A DNA stretch of 60,667 nucleotides, counting the filler. It is 7 parts of 7 records of this genome, joined end to end, with 100 filler letters (N's around TTAATTAATTAA, not from the genome) between each part and the next. Parts side by side here need not be neighbours in the genome. Positions count along the whole stretch, not along the records: positions 41,591 to 52,562 come from SRR31156797_29907; positions 52,663 to 60,667 come from SRR31156797_29916; 5 more parts are not named here. One strand, given 5' to 3'. This document shows positions 50,878 to 59,142 of the stretch, piece by piece. How positions within the stretch are numbered: the first letter of the stretch is position 1; each line of letters opens with the position of its first letter. A program made the translations under genes and the position numbers. The notes below the pieces were generated by a model. The model saw only the letters and a program-made list of their open reading frames with translations, had not been told where the DNA came from and did no database searches.

Positions 50878-50905
50878 GAAAGGGCCGCGAAAGCGGCCCT
50901 TTCTC
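50878..50905 (+). terminator. Hairpin/terminator with GAAA tetraloop
   Basis: GAAAGGGCCGC-GAAA-GCGGCCCTTTC. Confidence 0.75.
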
Positions 50906-51004
50906 GTTACAGGATATTGTTAATCTAAGCTCACCTTGTCATGAAGGCATCAGGCAGGTATGGTGAAACCAGTATTCACTTTCCTCTCGCCGCAAGGAGT
51001 GAGC

Positions 51005-52405
51005 ATGACCGATCCTGACTGGATACAGCCAGATGTGGAGCCCGACTTCAGCGATCAAGACGATACTGAACGCATAGGATATATGGTGAAACGTATTGAA
51101 GCAAAACTTCATGACTACGAAGTTTACGATTTCCCCATGCATCAAGTGCGCGCCCTGAACATCTTTTTCGACCTTTCTCAAGAAGTCCGACGGCGAGAAA
51201 TGTTCTATGCAATCTGCATGGCCATTCCACGCATTCTGCTCGGACTTGAGTCGAACATATATATCCTTGAGGACGAAGACACCTTTGTCTTGGCGGGGTG
51301 CTCAACTGGACGATGTGGCAAAACAACTACAAGGACATGGGATCATGAATTTTCCGACAGTCCCGTACTTTCTGGCGAACATCTCTTCATTCCCATCCTG
51401 AGCAACCCTGAATACAACGACATGCTTCCCTTTGTGCCGCCGCACAACATGCTGGGAGTCTTTGAAGTACACCCTTGTGGTTCACTCCCGAAGCACAAAC
51501 GTCTTTTTCTGGAAAAATTCATCAACAGAATCGGATTCCAGCTTCATCACCGAATCATTCGCGCCCGAAACCGTGAACATATCAGCTTCATCAAATCACT
51601 TGTTCAGGACATCGGACACAATGTCATCGTACCCAACATGTACTTCAAACTTTATTTCAACAGGCTCAAACGCCAGATTGAACAGCTCCATCTCACGACG
51701 TCTGACATACTCACCCTCATGGCAGAATGTGGCACGCAGGAATGCGCGGCAGACGGCAATCGGCTTGCACGAATCACAGCGGGTATTGAAGCTCAATATC
51801 AGGAAATTTACAGCCACTACGAAACAACATCCATGTTCCTTGAAACACTGCTTCGCCGGCGACATTTTGAAGAAGGCCGTTATGTATTGGACAAACGGGA
51901 AGTAAACCTCTCCCAAACCGTCATGACTCCACTGATTGAACGATTCCGGCAACGATTCGAAGAACGCGGCATTGAAATCAACTACTCTCTTGGCGGAGCG
52001 CCTGATCAAATTATCAGGCTGATAATGGACCGGGGACTTATCTCACAAGTTTTTGACAATCTTTTTTCCAATGCCCTCAAATACACGGAGACCGCAACGC
52101 TTCAGGATGGACGCAGAGGCAAATTCATTTCCTATGGCTGGCAGATTCTCAAGGATTACTTCGCACCAGACATGCCTGGAATTCGCATGTGGGTCTCTTC
52201 TACCGGGAGTCCATTGGAACTCAAAAATTCCATGGAAGTCTTCAAGCCCGGATTCCGTGCCGATAACGTGGCCCACAAAAGCGGAACAGGCCGAGGTCTA
52301 TATTTTGTGCGTCAGGTTGTAGAGCTTCACGGAGGTCAGGTCGGATATTCACACACCGACAGTAGTAACGAATTCTATTTCATCCTGCCTTTTGAGCAGG
52401 CATAA
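51005..52405 (+). CDS. Cytoplasmic sensor histidine kinase (GAF-like + HATPase)
   Basis: DIGHN H-box, NLFSNALKY, F.PGFR, GTGRGLY; AAGGAG RBS before ATG 51005. Confidence 0.85.
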   Translation: MTDPDWIQPDVEPDFSDQDDTERIGYMVKRIEAKLHDYEVYDFPMHQVRALNIFFDLSQEVRRREMFYAICMAIPRILLGLESNIYILEDEDTFVLAGCSTGRCGKTTTRTWDHEFSDSPVLSGEHLFIPILSNPEYNDMLPFVPPHNMLGVFEVHPCGSLPKHKRLFLEKFINRIGFQLHHRIIRARNREHISFIKSLVQDIGHNVIVPNMYFKLYFNRLKRQIEQLHLTTSDILTLMAECGTQECAADGNRLARITAGIEAQYQEIYSHYETTSMFLETLLRRRHFEEGRYVLDKREVNLSQTVMTPLIERFRQRFEERGIEINYSLGGAPDQIIRLIMDRGLISQVFDNLFSNALKYTETATLQDGRRGKFISYGWQILKDYFAPDMPGIRMWVSSTGSPLELKNSMEVFKPGFRADNVAHKSGTGRGLYFVRQVVELHGGQVGYSHTDSSNEFYFILPFEQA

Positions 52406-52562
52406 AAGGCCCCCAGCCCCCAGCCTCTTCTTTCCCTCAAATTTTTGGAGCCGCTTTGCGGTGAAAATAAACGCAATTAAACCGTTGATATATAATGCAT
52501 ATCGACAGCTTGGCTTGTGTCCTCTTCGCCAAAGGCGACCCAAAAAGTTTTGGAGAGTCCAG

Positions 52563-52662
52563 NNNNNNNNNNNNNNNNNNNNNNNNNNNNNNNNNNNNNN
52601 NNNNNNTTAATTAATTAANNNNNNNNNNNNNNNNNNNNNNNNNNNNNNNNNNNNNNNNNNNN
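52563..52662. other. Artificial contig spacer
   Basis: N run with TTAATTAATTAA. Confidence 0.99.
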
Positions 52663-52727
52663 AGCTAATAAGCTAGGCCTGACCCCCTAATAAAAAGGGC
52701 CTTTTTTTTATTCGCGTAAATGCGGTG

Positions 52728-54542
52728 CTAGGCGGTGATGATCTTCTTGTCTCCGGTATAGGCCTCGTCGATGAGGTGCTTGAACCGCTTGGTCACACTG
52801 GCCCGCTTGATCTTCATGGTCTGGGTCAAAAGCCCGTTCTCCGAGGTGAAGCCCTGCAGGAGAAAGATGAACCGCTTGGGGATCTCGTAGGAGCCGTAGT
52901 TGGGCCGCAAATGTTGCTTGATCTCCGAGCAGATGAGCTCCAGGGTGGCATGGTGGGCCAGGACTTCTTCAGGGGAGGCTTTGAGGTGGACCGCCTTTGC
53001 ATAGGTGTGGATGGTGTCCATGTCCAGGACCACAAAGCAGATGTTGTAGGGCTTTCCGTCTCCGTAGATCATGGATGATTCCACATAGGGAAGGAAGTTG
53101 ATCTCCTCCTCCAGGGCGGCGGGAAATACGAATTTCCCGTTTTCAAGCTTGTACTGTTCCTTGATTCTGCCGGTGATGTAGAGATAGCCGTCCCGGTCGA
53201 GGCGGCCCCTGTCACCCGTGCGCATGCCCCCGTCCGGGGTGAGGGCCTCGGCGGTTTGTTCGGGGTTGTTCCGGTAGCCTTGCATGACCCCCGGGCCGTA
53301 GACGATGAGCTCGCCGTCCTCCGCGTCGGCCTCCATGCCGGATTTGTCGATTTCGATCCTCACATGCTCCAGGGGGCGTCCCACACTGCCGAACCGGTTC
53401 TGGCCGGGCCCGTTCATGGCAATGGCCGGTGAGCATTCGGTCATGCCGTAGGCGTCAAAGGTGGGGATGCCGATGTCCTCAAAGAACTGGGCGATTTCCG
53501 GGTTGGAGGTGGCGCTTGCCGTGAGGGCCCCTTCAAGCCTTCCGCCGAACCTGGCCCGGATCTTTTTGAGGACGAGCTGATCAAGGATGGCGAACTTGAG
53601 GTCTGTCGCACTTGAGCGTTTGTTTTGCTCTCCAAGCTCCCGTTTCTCCCTGGCCGCCGCAAGGGCCTGGTCAAACAGCAATTTGGTGATCCCGCCTTTT
53701 TCATTGACCCGTGAGAGGATGCCGTCATAGATTTTGTTGAAGATCCGGGGCACCCCGATCAGGAAGTGGGGCTGAAGGCTTGCCATGTCCTCGGCCAGGG
53801 TGGCGACCTTTTCCATGAAACCGATGCTGCCGCCGAACTGGATGAAGTTGACAAGCTCGGCCGTGAATCCGTAGGAGTGGGCCCAGGGAAGGATGGAGAT
53901 GCTCCTGACCTTTGGCACGAGATTGGGAAACCGCCGGTATCCCGCCCTGGCATTGGAGGTGAAGTTCCCGTGGGTCAGCATCACCCCCTTGGGGTTGCCC
54001 GTGGTGCCGGAGGTGTAGATGCAGCAGGCCGCATCGTTACAGCCGGGGGAGACGGAGGGCACGGGGGAGGCCTTGCCCTTCTCTTCGAGGCCTGCCATGG
54101 TGTCCTTGCCGTTGGCGTCGATGCAGAGCACCTTTTCCAGGGTGTCTATCTCGTCCATCAGGGGAGCCACCGCGTCAAAAATCTCCGGGGTGGAGACAAA
54201 GAGCACCTTGACGGCGCTGTCCCGGATGATGTGTCTCCAGATCCGGGGAAGCTCTTTTTCATACATGGGAGAGAACACCGCGCCAAGGCCAAAGCCCGCA
54301 AAGGCGGCCACGGCCCATTCCGTGCGGTTGTTGGCGATGATTCCCACGGTATCCCCTTTGCCGACACCGAGCAGGGCAAGGCCGGCCCTGAGGTTGTCCA
54401 CCCGGCTTCCGAATTCCCTGTAGGTGATCCAGCCGTAGCGGTTGTTGCTGTCCTTTGTCCCGAACAGGGGATTGTCCGGAAAAAGGCGAATGCTTTGTTC
54501 CAAGGTATCCACTAAATTATCGGGCTTTTCATACTCAAACAT
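52728..54542 (-). CDS. Long-chain fatty acid--CoA ligase (AMP-binding)
   Basis: YTSGTTGNPKG, YGMTE, TGDRG, GRIKE...LENGK. Confidence 0.93.
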   Translation of the reverse strand: MFEYEKPDNLVDTLEQSIRLFPDNPLFGTKDSNNRYGWITYREFGSRVDNLRAGLALLGVGKGDTVGIIANNRTEWAVAAFAGFGLGAVFSPMYEKELPRIWRHIIRDSAVKVLFVSTPEIFDAVAPLMDEIDTLEKVLCIDANGKDTMAGLEEKGKASPVPSVSPGCNDAACCIYTSGTTGNPKGVMLTHGNFTSNARAGYRRFPNLVPKVRSISILPWAHSYGFTAELVNFIQFGGSIGFMEKVATLAEDMASLQPHFLIGVPRIFNKIYDGILSRVNEKGGITKLLFDQALAAAREKRELGEQNKRSSATDLKFAILDQLVLKKIRARFGGRLEGALTASATSNPEIAQFFEDIGIPTFDAYGMTECSPAIAMNGPGQNRFGSVGRPLEHVRIEIDKSGMEADAEDGELIVYGPGVMQGYRNNPEQTAEALTPDGGMRTGDRGRLDRDGYLYITGRIKEQYKLENGKFVFPAALEEEINFLPYVESSMIYGDGKPYNICFVVLDMDTIHTYAKAVHLKASPEEVLAHHATLELICSEIKQHLRPNYGSYEIPKRFIFLLQGFTSENGLLTQTMKIKRASVTKRFKHLIDEAYTGDKKIITA

Positions 54543-54763
54543 CGTCTCTCCCTGCTATCTGATGATTAATGGTCATGGGGTGTGTTTACGCCATCCGGGC
54601 GTGAAGATCAAACCCTTTTAACGGGCTCCTTTTTAGGTGTTACTTATGGTTGTTTATGGTTGTTGTTGTCTCTATAATAGCTGTTTTGAAAAATATATTG
54701 ACTTTGATGATGGGTTCAAATAAGCGATAGCTTAAATCTGAACCTATTTAAAAAGGAGTTAGT

Positions 54764-55744
54764 ATGAAATTGATAAAACCATTACGTTCCATTGCACTTG
54801 CGTCCGCAGTGCTGTTCATGTCCACGGCCCTGGCCTTTGCCGCCCCAAAGGGCAAGGTGATCGTTTTCCATGCCGGAAGCCTCAGTGTGCCCTTTGCCAA
54901 GATTGAAAAGGATTTCGAGGCCAGCCATCCCGAAATCGACATCCTGCGGGAAGCCGGCGGCAGCACCAAGATGGCGCGGCTGATCTCCGAGGTGGGCAAA
55001 CGGGCCGACATCATGGCCTCTGCCGACTACAAGGTGATCGACAACAACCTTGTCCCCAACTTTGCCGACTGGAACATCCGGTTCGCCACCAACCAGCTCG
55101 TGCTCTGCTACACGGACCAGAGCCGGTTCAGCGACACCGTCACCAGTGACAACTGGCACGAGATCCTCACCAAAAAAGGGGTTGTCTGGGGCCATTCCGA
55201 TCCCAATCTCGATCCCTGTGGCTACCGAAGTATTATGGTACTCCAGCTTGCCGAGAAATTCTACAACATTGATGGGCTCTACCAGAAACTGATCGACAAC
55301 CGGCCCATGAAGAATGTCCGTCCCAAATCCGTGGAGCTCGTCAATCTCCTCAAGACCGGCAACATGGACTATGCCTGGGAGTACCTCTCGGTTGCGGTTC
55401 AGCACGGTCTCAAGTACGTCACCCTCAACGACCATATCAACCTTGGCAACTACAAGTACGACGCGTTTTACAAGCAGGCCAAGGTAGAGGTCACGGGAAA
55501 GAAACCCGGCACCTTCAAGACCAAAAGCGGCAAGTCCTGCACCTACGGCATCACCATGATTAAAAACAGCCCCAACCCAGAGGCGGCCGAGCTCTTCATG
55601 GACTACCTGCTCTCGGCTGACGGTGGTCTCAAGACCCTTCAGTCCATGGGCCAGCCCCCCTTTGTTCCCTGCCGGGTTTCCTCCGACGAAATGAAGGCGT
55701 CCCTGCCCGCAAGCCTTGGAAAGCGGGTGGAGGTGAAAAACTAA
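54764..55744 (+). CDS. wtpA: Tungstate/molybdate ABC substrate-binding protein, WtpA type
   Basis: [38 protein letters not shown] (Asp/Glu ligands typical of WtpA). Confidence 0.9.
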   Translation: MKLIKPLRSIALASAVLFMSTALAFAAPKGKVIVFHAGSLSVPFAKIEKDFEASHPEIDILREAGGSTKMARLISEVGKRADIMASADYKVIDNNLVPNFADWNIRFATNQLVLCYTDQSRFSDTVTSDNWHEILTKKGVVWGHSDPNLDPCGYRSIMVLQLAEKFYNIDGLYQKLIDNRPMKNVRPKSVELVNLLKTGNMDYAWEYLSVAVQHGLKYVTLNDHINLGNYKYDAFYKQAKVEVTGKKPGTFKTKSGKSCTYGITMIKNSPNPEAAELFMDYLLSADGGLKTLQSMGQPPFVPCRVSSDEMKASLPASLGKRVEVKN

Positions 55745-55859
55745 AATCCTCATTTGCCTTGATTCCCCCATGGGATGGTGGTAGTTTTTTGGATACCTGT
55801 CCACACCATCATGACCGCGTCGTTTCTTTTTTGTCAACATCGCAACCCAAGGGGGAACC

Positions 55860-56708
55860 ATGGTTAAATTGATCAAAGAGGAAGATGAAAAGGGGAGACT
55901 CCATATTGACACCCCGATGATGGGAGAGTCCCTTGTCAGTAAGGAGTTTCTCAAACAGACCGAGGCGGGCGAGTATTTTCACATGCACCCGGATGTGAAC
56001 GTCCTGAAGATCGGCGGCCAGAGTCTCATGGACCGTGGGGCCAAGGCCGTGCTTCCCATCCTTGACGAATTGATCAAGCTCAAGGAGGAGTACAAGATCC
56101 TGATCATGACCGGCGGGGGCACCCGGGCCCGGCACGTCTACAACATCGGCGTGGATCTGGGCATGCCCACGGGCATTCTTTCCAAACTCGGGGACAAGGT
56201 CTCCTGGCAGAACGCGGAGATGCTTTCCGCCCTCCTGGCCAAGCACGGCGGGGTGAAGATCGGCCACGGAGATAACCTTGAGCAGCTCACCATGTTTTGC
56301 CAGCTGGGGTATCTGCCCATCACCTACGGTATTCCGCCCTACGGTTTCTTCGAGCATCCGGCCGAGTTCGGCTCCATTCCGCCCCACCGCACCGACTGCG
56401 GCGCGTTCCTGCTGGCCGAGAACATCGGCGCCCGGTCCCTGATCTATCTCAAGGATGAAAAGGGGCTGTACGATAAGGATCCCAAAAAGGCGAAAAAGGG
56501 GGACAATCTCAAGTTTTACGACAGGATTTCCGTTGACGAACTCCTGGAGATCGACCTTGACGATCTGGTGATCGAGCGTCCCATATTGACTTTGATGAAA
56601 CGGTCAAAATGCCTCAAGGAGCTTCAGATCATCGATGCACTCAATCATCCCGAGTACATCGCGGCCGCCCTCGAAGGGGAGCAGGTGGGTACTGTCATCT
56701 ATAAATAA
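55860..56708 (+). CDS. Molybdenum storage protein (MosA/MosB)-like amino acid kinase-fold protein
   Basis: KIGGQS.MDRG..AV.P, TGGGTRARH.Y, QNA.ML..LLAKHG, PPY..., IPPHRTD.GAFLLAE, KDE.GLY..DP. Confidence 0.85.
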   Translation: MVKLIKEEDEKGRLHIDTPMMGESLVSKEFLKQTEAGEYFHMHPDVNVLKIGGQSLMDRGAKAVLPILDELIKLKEEYKILIMTGGGTRARHVYNIGVDLGMPTGILSKLGDKVSWQNAEMLSALLAKHGGVKIGHGDNLEQLTMFCQLGYLPITYGIPPYGFFEHPAEFGSIPPHRTDCGAFLLAENIGARSLIYLKDEKGLYDKDPKKAKKGDNLKFYDRISVDELLEIDLDDLVIERPILTLMKRSKCLKELQIIDALNHPEYIAAALEGEQVGTVIYK

Positions 56709-56722
56709 CGGGATGTTTCGAT

Positions 56723-56753
56723 CCCCCGGCTGCCCGATCAGCCGGGGGCGTTT
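56723..56753. terminator. Hairpin between convergent genes
   Basis: CCCCCGGCTG/CAGCCGGGGG stem. Confidence 0.7.
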
Positions 56754-56755
56754 CT

Positions 56756-56971
56756 CTATTTCTTTCCTGAACCGTCCCTGCTGCCTGAAACCTTGGCCGG
56801 GAGATAGACAACGTTAGCGCCGGTATCGGCTTCGATCTGTTTCAGTTCATTCTTGCGGATGTGCTTTACATAGAGTTTGATATCGCCTCCGCTGACGCCC
56901 ACGACACGGAATCTGGGCTTTTTCTCACCATCTTCGATTTTTCTTCTTTCCCTGACAAAAATCTTTGACAT
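56756..56971 (-). CDS. Small basic hypothetical protein (71 aa)
   Basis: MSKIFVRERRK...; GGGAGG RBS upstream of ATG 56971. Confidence 0.75.
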   Translation of the reverse strand: MSKIFVRERRKIEDGEKKPRFRVVGVSGGDIKLYVKHIRKNELKQIEADTGANVVYLPAKVSGSRDGSGKK

Positions 56972-57005
56972 GACCGGCCTCCCTTTGTTGCGGTTTTTGG
57001 GGGGG

Positions 57006-57061
57006 CATACTACTATAGGGTAGTATGTGTTAACACCAAGATATATCCTTAAAGGATATAT
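57006..57061. promoter_or_regulatory. Two perfect palindromes in the divergent promoter (PadR operator candidates)
   Basis: CATACTAC-N6-GTAGTATG (57006-57027) and ATATATCCTT-A-AAGGATATAT (57041-57061). Confidence 0.65.
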
Positions 57062-57077
57062 GTCAAGGAGGAGATCT

Positions 57078-57440
57078 ATGAAGAAGAACAAAAACAAGGG
57101 CCGGATTTCGGGCCGGCAGGAGCGATATATCCAGCCCTCCATCCTCATGGGGCTGCTCTCCAAGCCCTGTTACGGGTATGAGGTGATCAATACCATCCAC
57201 CATTACGGATTCATCCAGGGCCAGGCCCCGCCGGGAATGATCTACCGCCACCTCCGGGGCCTGGAGGAGGACGGCCTGGTGACCTCGGAATGGGACACCA
57301 CCGAGGCCGGGGCGGCCAAGCGCATGTACACCATCACCGGGGAGGGCCGGGAGGTGCTGGCCATCTGGATCGATTATATGGATGACCAGGCGGAAAAGCT
57401 CCGGCGGTTTGTGGCCATGTATCAGGAAAACCAGGGATGA
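57078..57440 (+). CDS. PadR-family transcriptional regulator
   Basis: YGYEV, PGMIYRHLR.LEEDGLV.SEW, KRMYTITGEG; AAGGAGG RBS. Confidence 0.92.
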   Translation: MKKNKNKGRISGRQERYIQPSILMGLLSKPCYGYEVINTIHHYGFIQGQAPPGMIYRHLRGLEEDGLVTSEWDTTEAGAAKRMYTITGEGREVLAIWIDYMDDQAEKLRRFVAMYQENQG

Positions 57441-57503
57441 CCTCCTCGCTTTGTGTCGATTTTCGTTGTTTTTTGTCTGTTTTCGGTCTTATGAAAGATA
57501 AGA

Positions 57504-57532
57504 TTGACACCTCGTAAATAAGGATCTATAAA
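57504..57532 (+). promoter_or_regulatory. Sigma70 promoter
   Basis: TTGACA-17 nt-TATAAA upstream of the 57596 operon. Confidence 0.65.
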
Positions 57533-57595
57533 ACCCTATTTGTTTCAAAACCGGCCATGAAAAGGCCGGGCGTTTAATTGTAGATCGGAGGAAGT

Positions 57596-58345
57596 GTGAA
57601 GGTACTGGTTTGTGTTGATGATACCGATAATCTTGAGACCATGGGAACGGGAAAACTCTCCCAGATCATGGCTGGAATAATAGAGGAGAAACATTGGGGA
57701 AGCTGCACCGCCGTTTCCAGGCATCAGCTTTTTGTGCACGACGATATCCCCTACACCTCCCATAACAGCTCCATGTGCTTTGGGATCGACTTTACCGGCG
57801 ACCTGGACGGATTGATCGATTTCGGCGCCGGGTTCCTGGAGGAGCGGTCGGCGGATGGCTCCGACCCCGGGTTCTGTGTGGTTCCCCTGGACGACGGCCT
57901 TGACAGGGCGGCGTTGATGGACTTTGGCCGCAGGGCAAAATGTGAGGTGCTTTCAAAGACCCTTGCCTATAATCTTGCCAAGGATCTCGGGGTGCATCTT
58001 TCCGAGCATGGCGGCACCGGCGACGGTGTGGTGGGGGCCCTTGCCGGCATCGGCCTCAGGCTTTCCGGCAATGACGGACGGTTCAGGGGCTGGGCCCGTT
58101 TCGGCGCTCCGGGCACCCTGACAACGGTTGCGACCCTCTGCTCCGAGGGGTATATCGACGGGGTAAAGACCGTTGACGGCGAACTGCTTGCCCCCGACAC
58201 CGGGATCTGGCTTGCCGCGGAAAAGGTCAAGACCATGTTCTCAAACAGCCGGCGGGTGGTCATGGTCACCCGGACCGATGCGGATCAGGGCGGGGACAAG
58301 GCCCAGTGGCGCACCCTGACCAAACCGGAGATAAGGCAATACTGA
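57596..58345 (+). CDS. TiaS N-terminal-like (DDTD motif) protein of unknown function
   Basis: VCVDDTD, GTG, RHQL, IPYTSHNSSMC, SDPG, GGTG.GVVGALAG, GNDGRF; GGAGG RBS. Confidence 0.75.
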   Translation: MKVLVCVDDTDNLETMGTGKLSQIMAGIIEEKHWGSCTAVSRHQLFVHDDIPYTSHNSSMCFGIDFTGDLDGLIDFGAGFLEERSADGSDPGFCVVPLDDGLDRAALMDFGRRAKCEVLSKTLAYNLAKDLGVHLSEHGGTGDGVVGALAGIGLRLSGNDGRFRGWARFGAPGTLTTVATLCSEGYIDGVKTVDGELLAPDTGIWLAAEKVKTMFSNSRRVVMVTRTDADQGGDKAQWRTLTKPEIRQY

Positions 58346-59142
58346 TTCCCTTCCCAAAAGCCAAAAGGCCCGATCTCTTCTGGCACTGCTTCGCGCTGTT
58401 GAGCCTTCCCCTGATCTGTCTCATCATCTTTCCGTTGGGAAAGATGATGCTCATGCCGGAGTTTTCGGACCTCATTTCCGCCCTGAAGGAGCGGGTGGTT
58501 CTGGAGGCCCTGGGCCGCTCCCTGTTCACCGCCCTGGGGGCCACCCTTGTCGCCATGGTGTTCGGCACCCCCCTTGCCTATATCATGGCACGGAAAGACT
58601 TTACCGGGAAAAAGGTGATCGAGGGCCTCATCGACCTTCCCATCATGATTCCCCACCCGGTGATCGGCATCGCCATCCTGAGCCTCTTCGGCAGGAACTC
58701 CATCCTGGGCAAAATCCTCGCCCAGGCGGGCATCGAGATCATGGGCACCCTCACCGGCATTATCATCGTCCTTGTGTTTGTGGGTGCGCCCTTTTACGTG
58801 AACACGGTCAAGGCGGGATTTGAAAGTGTTCCCGTCCGCCTTGAAAAGGCCTCCCGGACCCTTGGGGCCGGCATGACCTCCACCTTTTTCAGGGTCACCT
58901 TTCCCATTGTATGGCGCAACATGGTCCTGGGGGCAGTGATGTGCACCGCCCGGGCCATCAGCGAGTTCGGCGCCGTGATCATCGTGGCCTACCATCCCAT
59001 GACAGCCCCGGTGCTGATCTACGAGCGGTTCACCGCCTACGGCCTAAAATATTCCCAGTGCGTCGCCTTCTGGCTCATCGCCATCTCGCTTATCCTGTTT
59101 GTCATGATGCGGCTTTTTTCCAGGCAAAGGAGGGTTCAATGA
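58306..59142 (+). CDS. wtpB: Tungstate/molybdate ABC permease (start may be CTG 58342)
   Basis: GTPLAY..AR..F.GK, DLP..IPH.V.GIA, LEKASRTLGA, ARAISEFGA...AYHP. Confidence 0.9.
   Translation: MAHPDQTGDKAILIPFPKAKRPDLFWHCFALLSLPLICLIIFPLGKMMLMPEFSDLISALKERVVLEALGRSLFTALGATLVAMVFGTPLAYIMARKDFTGKKVIEGLIDLPIMIPHPVIGIAILSLFGRNSILGKILAQAGIEIMGTLTGIIIVLVFVGAPFYVNTVKAGFESVPVRLEKASRTLGAGMTSTFFRVTFPIVWRNMVLGAVMCTARAISEFGAVIIVAYHPMTAPVLIYERFTAYGLKYSQCVAFWLIAISLILFVMMRLFSRQRRVQ

Noticed and set aside
41591-52562. Identical 11-mer at both ends of the fragment, suggesting a circular element
   Set aside because: The content is chromosomal housekeeping (hflKC, panB); breaks at a multicopy intergenic repeat explain it
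54644-54750. TTATGGTTGT x2 and an imperfect GGTTCA...TGAACC palindrome upstream of wtpA as a ModE-type box
   Set aside because: Does not match the ModE consensus I know; low complexity, too weak to call
54782-55954. 390-aa minus-strand ORF
   Set aside because: Antisense shadow of wtpA
55860-56708. Annotation as uridylate kinase pyrH
   Set aside because: Motifs (TRARH, IPPHRTD) and the wtp context fit Mo-storage proteins; no tsf/frr neighbourhood
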